64,000 nt of DNA from Octopus bimaculoides (lineage: Eukaryota), in the NCBI RefSeq assembly GCF_001194135.2, contig NC_069002.1:2370733-2434732 (forward strand), in the 5' to 3' direction. The translations under genes were made by a program, and so were the position numbers. How positions within the stretch are numbered: position 1 is the first letter of the stretch; the number at the start of each line of letters is the position of its first letter. Below are positions 54,153 through 64,000 of this stretch, one piece after another. The notes under the pieces were generated by a model. It made no database searches. It was not told the origin of the DNA and was given only the letters and a program-made list of their open reading frames with translations.

Positions 54153-54793
54153 GTAGCAGCAAAATATTCACTCATTGTAAATGCTGTTACATCCAAATAA
54201 CAGCTGGCAACGATTAGCATCAGAATCCGGTTTCAGCTCAGCATGAATTATCTTTTGGATTATGTCACTCGTTATATCTTTAAATCATTTGTCAAAGAGA
54301 GTCGGCTTTTAAATAATAAAACAATAACATTCGCTAATATTACCTGATGATGTATTATAATTACTGCGTAAGTGTTCATTAATCGTGATGTATTACATTT
54401 ACAGGTGGTGTTCCATAATTATCAAGTTATATATCTCAACCGGACGCATGCAATTATTACAAAACTATGCATTCGTAAATCATTTTTTTTTTTCTGTAAC
54501 ATCTTTAGGTGTACTTAACGATAAAAAATATATTCTAGATTATAAATTTAATCATAGGAGGATTAGAGACTTTCCGATTTCGTACAACGCTGAATAAAAT
54601 GATAAGCGTTATTTTCTAACGTTTCATTATGAGTTGCGTTCAAATTATTTCGTGGTCGATTTTATATTTTCCGTACCCAGGGCCGTTAAAATAAATATCA
54701 GTCGATGTTGATGTTCAAAGAAGTAACCTCTGACGGTCAGAATAATTTCCAGTTTACCTGCTAGTTTCTAAGTTGGCAGCATAGCAGCAGCGT

Positions 54794-54794
<1 letters not shown>

Positions 54795-54847
<53 letters not shown>

Positions 54848-54860
54848 CAGTAGTAGTAAT
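54795..54860. repeat. (AGT)n microsatellite
   Basis: Seen directly. Confidence 0.97.
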
Positions 54861-55965
54861 TTAACCTCGTTGCTCAGCTTTTTTTCGTGAATGGGTCCGT
54901 ATGAAATCAAATTTGTGCACGTTAATCACCAGTATTTTCGATTTTATGGCCTTCTTCCCCTAACCCCAAGTGGACTAAATATTATCTAGGACTACATTGC
55001 ATATTACTCTGCATTATTTTTCAAATTGAACGTTTACCGATTCAGGGCAATTTGTCTCTTAATGCTGTTTCTTTCAAGCTGCAGATAAGAATTACCAAAG
55101 AAATTCTGAAGACCAAATGTGTACCTGTGTTTTTTTGTTTCTTTTTTTTTATTTTGTTTTCTTTTGCACGGGGAATTTAGTTCGGTTCGTTATGAATAAA
55201 TATCAAATCAAACATTGTTTCGATTAATTCAGAGGCTACTTTCCTGGAAGTGTGCTAAATTCAGACCAAAAACTTACTTATTGGGTGATGGTCTTTAGTT
55301 GACGTTAGTTCGAAAATATTGATTCGAAAATACACAGGCGTAGATACATGTACGTAGACATACATACATGTGTGCGTTTGTATGTACATATATACATGCA
55401 NNNNNNNNNNNNNNNNNNNNNNNNNNNATATATATATGTATATATATACTTAGAAACATATGTTTCGTAAGAATATATAGACTAATAACCCAAGTAGTAA
55501 ATTTCACGAAGCTGCTAATCTATTTAATTCTTTCTAAGTATATTTATAGCAACACATTTAGAGAATTCTGTAAATCAAAGAGAGTTACTTGATATGTGGG
55601 AAAGTGTCCAATTTTCTTAATGACCACACAAATACACAAACACATCCACATTCACTAATATGTTTATCGCAAGTAATGTTAAGCGTTGTTTAGAAAAGTG
55701 ACTGTATGGTCAGATCTTATTGCTTTGCGCTTGTCCATCGTAATTTTCTTAACAGCATTGCTCTATCAACATCAAATTATTTTGCATCAGCCATTTATTC
55801 ACCTCCAATAGAAAGTAGAAAATGTGTGCGCTTAATTTTGATATATATATGTGTGTGTGTGTGTGCGCGCGTGTGCGTGTGTGTGTGTGTGTGTGTGAGT
55901 GTATGTATGTACGTATGTATGTATGCATGCATGTATGTATGCATGTATGTATGTATATACGTATA

Positions 55966-56124
55966 CAGGATTGGCTGTGTGGTAAGAAGCTTGCTTACCA
56001 ACCACGGGGTTAGGGGCTTCAATCCCACTGCGTAGCACTTTGGGCACATGTCTTCTACTAAGCCTCGGGCCAACCAATGCCTTGTGAATGGATTTGGTAG
56101 ACGGAAACTGAAAGAATCATGTCG
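55966..56124 (+). mobile_element. tRNA-derived SINE head and body, group C
   Basis: A-box-like TGGCTGTGTGGTAAG, B-box-like GGCTTCAATCCC, then TTTGGGCACATGTCTTCTAC and GGTAGACGGAAACTGAAAGAA, ending in (TA)n. Reverse-complement homologues at 58373 and 58618. Confidence 0.85.
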
Positions 56125-56301
56125 TATATATATCTATCGGTTCGATTCATGTACGCAACAATTTTAGGAACGGGTTGTCTATAAGATTTTCAGTTGAGAC
56201 AAGCCGTGTGTGATACAGACCCGTTATATATAAATGCATGAACATGCATATATCTCATGATATATACCTGTAATTTAAAAGCTCATCTATGAAGTAAATA
56301 T

Positions 56302-56352
56302 CGTCACGGTGATCTCTGTGAGAATAATTTAAGGATGCAACATGTCTGCGGT
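56302..56352 (+). mobile_element. Degenerate group B SINE fragment
   Basis: CGTCACGGTGATCTCTGTGAGAATAATTTAAGGATGCAACATGTCTGCGG resembles 14875-14932. Confidence 0.45.
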
Positions 56353-58372
56353 ATATTCTTGAATTTCAGCTATAATAGTTATTAAATTTAGAGGTTATAC
56401 TTTATTTTGTTGCAGTTGTTTAACCCCGTATAAAGGAGACGAATGAATAAAAGAGTTTCATTGAAATCCACAATACGTTATACTTTCAGTCATATTGCAT
56501 CTAAAATTGCATTATCCAATCATTGTATTTCATTTCTTCTAGACAGTAGGCTGTATTGTAAAAAAAAAAGAAGTAGTTCTAGGATGTTCCGTTGCAACGT
56601 AGTCGATTTTACGTTACTTTCTTACTTTAAAGATTACCTGTTTAAAGAATTCCATCGAAACCTAGCATACATTTTATTTTCAGATATTGTCAGTCAAATT
56701 TATATTAAGCAATGCTTTGTTTCACTCCTTTCAGACTGTAGTCTGTAAAGAGGAGAGCGGTGGAGAACCACGTGACCAACTAGAATTTCTAGATTTTATT
56801 CGACATTTTCATTGAGTTTATCGTTGTCGTTGTCACAACGGATTACGAATTCTTAGTCAAGATGACTTCGCCTTCTTACTAATTAATATTAATTTAATTT
56901 GTCATAAACCTATATTTTTAGGCTGAAATCGATATTAATTTAATTTTAATTACACAATGGCGTTCTTGAAAGTTTTCGAGATATTTCAATAGTGATTAAA
57001 TTTAACGCAGTTCACAAGCCGAGAGTCTGCATTCATTGATATTAGTTTTAAGGATACAACTGTACATCAGCTTACATATATTAATAGCTTGCGGCGTGAA
57101 AGTTTTGTTGAAGTGCAGTCTAAATTATTCATTCACTTTGTTGATATAACTATGCTATATGTATATGTGTGTGTCTCTGTGTGTGTATGTGTGTGTGAGT
57201 GAGTGCATGTATTAATATATGTATGTGCAGTATGTATATATGTGCTATGTAAATATTGCACTGTATACCTAGATTGTATGTGCGTAATTTTAGAATTCTC
57301 TTTCAAATTTCTCTTCAATAGAGACAGTCACCAAGCTGAAACTAGTCTCCTTCATCGGAATGTAGTTAACATCACCGACTTTATGTATGTATGTATGTAT
57401 ATATGTATGTATGTATGTACGTTTGTACGTATGAATGTACATGCGTAAGTATGTATGTTTATGAGCGTGTATGTGTGTTTGTAAATATGTGTTTGTACGT
57501 ATGAATGCACATGCGTATGTATATACGTATGTATATGTGTATGTATGTATGTACGTACGTACGTATATATGTACGTACGTATATATGTATGTTTTGTAAG
57601 TATGTATGTTTTGTAAGTATGTATGCATATATGCATACGGATGTAAGTATTGCTCTGTTATTCATCGAGACTTATTTAAGTTCTTTTGCAAAGTTTTCTT
57701 TGTTTAAATCATCACTTCTTCTGAAACTTGTTAATACGCCATTCTGGCAGACTGCGCAGATATCCAGCTTAGATTTGGATTTACTTGTTCTTTTGAAATA
57801 AGTGTGCATATGTCTCATACGTGCGGGTGTCATGGATTGATGTTTGCTCGCCATGTGCATATATATATATATATATATATATANNNNNNNNNNNNNNNNN
57901 NNNNNNNNNNNNNNNNNNNNNNNNNNNNNNNNNNNNNNNNNNNNNNNNNNNNNNNNNNNNNNNNNNNNNNNNNNNNNNNNNNNNNNNNNNNNNNNNNNNN
58001 NNNNNNNNNNNNNNNNNNNNNNNNNNNNNNNNNNNNNNNNNNNNNNNNNNNNNNNNNNNNNNNNNNNNNNNNNNNNNNNNNNNNNNNNNNNNNNNNNNNN
58101 NNNNNNNNNNNNNNNNNNNNNNNNNNNNNNNNNNNNNNNNNNNNNNNNNNNNNNNNNNNNNNNNNNNNNNNNNNNNNNNNNNNNNNNNNNNNNNNNNNNN
58201 NNNNNNNNNNNNNNNNNNNNNNNNNNNNNNNNNNNNNNNNNNNNNNNNNNNNNNNNNNNNNNNNNNNNNNNNNNNNNNNNNNNNNNNNNNNNNNNNNNNN
58301 NNNNNNNNNNNNNNNNNNNNNNNNNNNNNNNNNNNNNNNNNNNNNNNNNNNNNNNNNNNNNNNNNNATATAT

Positions 58373-58443
58373 AGTGGGACTGAACCAGGAACCACATAGT
58401 TGGTGGTTGAGAAGCAAGCTTCTTACCACACAGTCACGCCTGC
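58373..58443 (-). mobile_element. Group C SINE head, cut by a gap
   Basis: The reverse complement shares the 22-nt exact match CTGTGTGGTAAGAAGCTTGCTT, plus CAACCAC and TCCCACT, with 55966-56030. Confidence 0.85.
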
Positions 58444-58565
58444 ATTTATTTCTATATACATTTATTTCTGACTGCATGTATATAAGTTATGTATTTGTAT
58501 ATGTATTGATGCATGCAACCACACATGTGTATAAACACACACTCACATACACATACACATACACA

Positions 58566-58598
<33 letters not shown>

Positions 58599-58617
58599 GT
58601 ACACATGGATGCTCGCA

Positions 58618-58764
58618 TATATCGGGTTTCCACTGAATTTCCGCCAAACACATGCAATTAGAGATCAATTGTCGGTCCGTCACTACAGCAGAAGGCACGT
58701 GTATAAGGCGGTGTGGAACTGGGCCTGTAAACGACATAGTTGCCAAGTATGCATCTTACCCACA
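58618..58764 (-). mobile_element. Degenerate group C SINE
   Basis: GTCGGTCCG, CTACAGCAGAAGGCACGTG and CTTACCCACAC align with the reverse complement of 55975-56124. The 3' side adjoins (CA)n/(TA)n. Confidence 0.6.
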
Positions 58765-59483
58765 CCTCCACAATTTACAGAAGAGAGATTAGAAAAGAAA
58801 AAAAAATTAATGTCCATTTTGCAAAGCAAATATTGGGTCCAAAAATATTGACAAAACTGGTTATGAACGTTTGAGAGTTACTTAGGAAAGTTGCTACTTT
58901 CCGATTGAATTTAAAAACTCTGTATCCTAAGAGGCTTCTCTTTCGTTTTGCACATTCTTACTCATACAGCATTTGCTATCTGACTAGAAATCACACGTGT
59001 CATTATTTAGCAGTTCGTTAAAATCGATAAAGGTTGGCTATACTTTAAATCTCTTTGTATATCAAAAACTTGATACTATTTCTCAATCAAATGAACGCAG
59101 TAAAAATCTATTGATCTGGCTCAGAGCATTTCTTTTCCTTGATTTTGTTTGTTTTTCGTGTGCGATACAGGTTTCCAGTTTATATGTATATAAATTATGT
59201 TTGAAATGTTGTCTCTTGAGACGGAAAATGGTATTTTAGTTTGTACACAACATAAAATGTGAAAAGTAAACATTAAATAAGGCTTCATAATTAGAGTACC
59301 TCGCAGAAAGTGGTCATTTTGGCGTTCAGCTTTGGGAAATTTAATACTCAATACAACTTAATATGTACATGAAAAAAAAAAGCATTTTGAAATATTCACT
59401 TCAAGTAATATAATATATATGCCATATGAACAGGATATATATGTGTGTGTAAGTATATATAAATATATATCGTATAATATCAC

Positions 59484-60202
59484 ACAAATACACGTAATCA
59501 TATGTGCACACACACATATGTATATATATATATATGTATGTATGCATGCATGTATATATGTATGTATGTATATATGTATGTATATCTATATGCAGAAATG
59601 TGACCGTGTTTGTGTGCAGATGTGTGTTTCTTTGTATGTAAATGTGTTCCCCATGGCTCTAAATTGCAGTCCATTTNNNNNNNNNNNNNNNNNNNNNNNN
59701 NNNNNNNNNNNNNNNNNNNNNNNNNNNNNNNNNNNNNNNNNNNNNNNNNNNNNNNNNNNNNNNNNNNNNNNNNNNNNNNNNNNNNNNNNNNNNNNNNNNN
59801 NNNNNNNNNNNNNNNNNNNNNNNNNNNNNNNNNNNNNNNNNNNNNNNNNNNNNNNNNNNNNNNNNNNNNNNNNNNNNNNNNNNNNNNNNNNNNNNNNNNN
59901 NNNNNNNNNNNNNNNNNNNNNNNNNNNNNNNNNNNNNNNNNNNNNNNNNNNNNNNNNNNNNNNNNNNNNNNNNNNNNNNNNNNNNNNNNNNNNNNNNNNN
60001 NNNNNNNNNNNNNNNNNNNNNNNNNNNNNNNNNNNNNNNNNNNNNNNNNNNNNNNNNNNNNNNNNNNNNNNNNNNNNNNNNNNNNNNNNNNNNNNNNNNN
60101 NNNNNNNNNNNNNNNNNNNNNNNNNNNNNNNNNNNNNNNNNNNNNNNNNNNACAAATACACGTAATCATATGTGCACACACACATATGTATATATATATA
60201 TA
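59484..60202. other. Approximately 50-bp duplication on both sides of a 475-N gap
   Basis: ACAAATACACGTAATCATATGTGCACACACACATATGTATATATATATATA occurs at 59484 and at 60152, the first base after the gap. Confidence 0.85.
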
Positions 60203-61421
60203 TACACATATATATACAGAGGTAGAGAGAGAGGGGGGATATATAGATAGATAGATAAGAACTTTTGTATATATTCAATACATATACATGGATGCGCAAA
60301 GACTAGATGTATGGCTTTGTATATAGGCGTATAGTTGTGTATTCCTATGTGTATGTATACGTGAATATGTGTGGTGCGTCTCTGTTTGTATCCGAGCGAA
60401 TGTTTGCACAATTCGCCTTAATGCTGTTCAGCTATCGCAACATTTCTTCGCAAATGCTCTTGAAGATATGGCGTTAATAGTGTAATGCATTGAAAGCGAG
60501 GTCAAAAAGACAAACATACATCTATGTACCGTGGTTCGAGGAAACCAATTCAGTTGATAGATCGCTGACAAATACGATAATGCATACACTACTGCCTGGT
60601 TACACCGATCAAACGCAATGCAATTATGTATAGCTTACATATATGCTGTATATTAACGTATACCTGATGGGAGAAATTAGTCAGGTGAAATTCACTTCAC
60701 ACTTTCTTTCCTTTACATTTTTGTTTTCACTTACATAGATATCCAGGCGGTCACATGACAAGTGAGGTCAATGATTGTTATTGCTCCTTTATTGTCACTG
60801 GTATGGCAGCTGTTATTGTTATTCTGGTAGATGTTGCTGACGGTGTTGTTGTTGATACTGTTATTCTCAAGATAAGGATTAATCACTCTATAGGTACGTT
60901 ACACCAATNNNNNNNNNNNNNNNNNNNNNNNNNNNNNNNNNNNNNNNNNNNNNNNNNNNNNNNNNNNNNNNNNNNNNNNNNNNNNNNNNNNNNNNNNNNN
61001 NNNNNNNNNNNNNNNNNNNNNNNNNNNNNNNNNNNNNNNNNNNNNNNNNNNNNNNNNNNNNNNNNNNNNNNNNNNNNNNNNNNNNNNNNNNNNNNNNNNN
61101 NNNNNNNNNNNNNNNNNNNNNNNNNNNNNNNNNNNNNNNNNNNNNNNNNNNNNNNNNNNNNNNNNNNNNNNNNNNNNNNNNNNNNNNNNNNNNNNNNNNN
61201 NNNNNNNNNNNNNNNNNNNNNNNNNNNNNNNNNNNNNNNNNNNNNNNNNNNNNNNNNNNNNNNNNNNNNNNNNNNNNNNNNNNNNNNNNNNNNNNNNNNN
61301 NNNNNNNNNNNNNNNNNNNNNNNNNNNNNNNNNNNNNNNNNNNNNNNNNNNNNNNNNNNNNNNNNNNNNNNNNNNNNNNNNNNNNNNNNNNNNNNNNNNN
61401 NNNNNNNNNNNNNNNNNNNNN

Positions 61422-61452
<31 letters not shown>

Positions 61453-62250
61453 CAAAGTTTTGTGTGTGTATCTGTGTGTGAGAGGGATGTCTATATGTAT
61501 GTGTGTAAGTCTACATCGTTGCCTATTTATGTATATGCAAGTGTGTGTATATACTCACAATTAACAAAAAAAGTCACATACATATCTGCTCATTTCTTTC
61601 TCTGTTAAGCACATTTTAGTTTTTATAATGGCTGGAACAGAAGAATCTTTGCGTATCTTACATTTAATTTAATGTGTATATTCGACGGTGCATCTCAGCA
61701 CCACTGTTGAGAAATTAACGTATACACACACACACACACATATATATAGGCATATATTTACTTATATATATATATATATCCGTGTGCTTATATATGGAGG
61801 TGTATTTATATGTGTGTGCGTATATATCGTGTGCATTAATGCGTATGTTTCGTGCCTTTATTGGTGTATGACTTTGTGAAAGCCTGTAGGTTGTTTTTTA
61901 TCTTTTATTCCCTTCTTGTGTTCTTTCGTTAATTATAACAATGACTACGAATAAAACTCTTAGAAGTCTCATGGTATTCTCCAGAATGGTTATGCTGCTA
62001 TTGGTAAATCCATTACCGTTTATTTGCTTCCTAATAGACAGAGAAAAACCAAAACCATAAAAACTACCAAGAGCCCCAAACGAAGTGAATAGAATGTTGT
62101 AGACGATATGTAGGTATATGTACGTATATATCTATCTATTTGTATACGCATACACACATGTATGTATGCGTATATGTATGTATATACAATTATATATATA
62201 CACGTGTATGTATATTACACATACATTTATATATACAGGCATATATAAAA

Positions 62251-62300
<50 letters not shown>

Positions 62301-62434
62301 GTGTGTGGGTGTATGTGTGTGTGTGTGTGTGTGCGTGTAAAAATCTCTATACATACGTATAAATATGAGTATATGTATACGAAAATCTATATGTACACAC
62401 GAAATACACTGAAGAGAAGGCATGACGGCGAAAA

Positions 62435-62442
62435 AGTAGTAA

Positions 62443-62490
<48 letters not shown>

Positions 62491-62506
62491 CAGCAGCAAT
62501 AGCAGC

Positions 62507-62595
<89 letters not shown>

Positions 62596-62686
62596 TAGTA
62601 GCAGAAGAAGAAGAAGAAGAAGAAGAAGAAGAAGAAGAAGAAGAAGGAGAAGAAGAAGATGATGATGATGATGATGATGATGATGA
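62435..62686. repeat. Compound trinucleotide array AGT/AGC/AAG/ATG
   Basis: Seen directly. Confidence 0.97.
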
Positions 62687-63350
62687 CAAATGAATAGAAG
62701 AAAGAATGAGAGAAACTGCCATCTTTTACAATTTGCATAATGCGTTAAAAGATTTTTGCATAATTTTAATTTTTTATTTATATACGTGGCTATGTATCTG
62801 AGAATAAACTTGTATGTATGGATATGCATAAATATTTTGCAGTAATCAATACTTTTTCATTACTGGTTAATGTACGTTGCCTACTTTTGCACATGACATT
62901 CTGGTATATCTAAATATTTCTGTATCTATAACACTTTTTCTACGATATCCTTGTCCCTTGCTATTAACATACATGCATGCAGGCATATTTATATATATAT
63001 ATGAATATACACATATGTGTTTAACCATGTATACTGTATACATTTATATATGTTCGTACTGAGGAGAGTCATATATATAGAGAAAAATTATAAGTATAAA
63101 GATTTGAAAAATATGATGAAAACAAATAATATATGCGCAAATGTCCCTCAAATATACGCAGGCATAGAATAATTTCGTTTATATACATACTTACAGACAC
63201 ACACATATACACACAGGCACGCAGAAACATACAGACACAAGCACACATATATATGTATATAGATTCATATGGACATGAATGCACGATTACATTTAAAATA
63301 CATACATACATACATACATACATACAAATACACACACGCGCACAAACACA

Positions 63351-63407
<57 letters not shown>

Positions 63408-63767
63408 GCATGCACATAAATCTTTCTCTATAATAAATCTTTGTATATGTCTGTCAGTATAGCGTGATTCTGTGTCTGTGCTTGAAATATCTTCGGGGTA
63501 GCCATTTGTCTTGGTGTTGTTAAAGGTTACGGTGGTGTAAGATTGCAAACTAAGATTAGGAGTTAAATCAAGAACATAATATGCATTAACAATATTGCAT
63601 ATTTATGAATGCATATATGTGTAGAAACATATACCCCAAAAAGTTGATTAAGCTTCCCTTACATAGCCTTGGCTCAATGGGTCGGTTTCCTGCATACCAC
63701 TCGCATGTATATTTCATGATGGAGCGGACTACATTCCCCTACAGGATTACACATGTTTGCTTATTAA

Positions 63768-63855
63768 CTGGGCTGTAGCAACGTGAAGTAAAATGTTTTG
63801 CTCAAGAACGCAACCCATCTTTACCAGGTCGAGGAATTGCAACAGTAGACTTACT
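63768..63855 (-). mobile_element. Degenerate group B SINE 5' part
   Basis: GCAACGTGAAGTAAAATGTTTTGCTCAAGAACGCAAC matches the reverse complement of 14777-14815. Confidence 0.65.
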
Positions 63856-63890
63856 TGGACATTGGTGTAACGCACGAAACACATGCTGGC

Positions 63891-63892
63891 CG

Positions 63893-63965
<73 letters not shown>
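63891..63965. repeat. (TATC)n microsatellite
   Basis: Seen directly. Similar (GATA)n runs at about 2210, 3580-3660, 14650-14703 and 18717-18778. Confidence 0.97.
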
Positions 63966-63966
<1 letters not shown>

Positions 63967-64000
63967 TATCCTTCTATCCGTATATATATATATATATATA

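Noticed and set aside
62408-62445. CTGAAGA...GGCGAAA as a hammerhead
   Set aside because: Stem II has only one base pair, and stems I and III are unsupported.
63480-63548. NGYPEDI as a Penelope RT C-terminal NGYP motif
   Set aside because: A four-residue match only, with no flanking RT or GIY-YIG similarity.

Overview
This is AT-rich eukaryotic, intron- or intergenic-like DNA, with about 30 N-gaps totalling roughly 7-8 kb, most of them opening from (TA)n, (CA)n or (TC)n runs. The extreme microsatellite density and the SINE families resemble a coleoid cephalopod, probably Octopus. That is inference from recalled repeat sequences, not a search result. No protein-coding gene can be assigned: almost all ORFs in the track are translated microsatellites or N-runs. 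There is no CRISPR array, operon, rRNA or intact tRNA. Supported features are three relics of one mariner (Himar1/irritans-like) transposon family, about 18 SINE copies or fragments in several related groups, weak L1/Tx1-like LINE relics, tandem repeats, and duplications flanking gaps. The most interesting element is a near-complete minimal type I hammerhead ribozyme motif at 7455-7499 (+), of the kind carried by Penelope-like elements and retrozymes; a degenerate second motif lies at about 22815-22840. There are also several fold-back structures that could form dsRNA: a 70-bp palindrome inside a mariner relic, inverted SINE pairs and a (GAT)n/(CAT)n hairpin. A few splice-site-bounded exon candidates are reported only as low-confidence leads.
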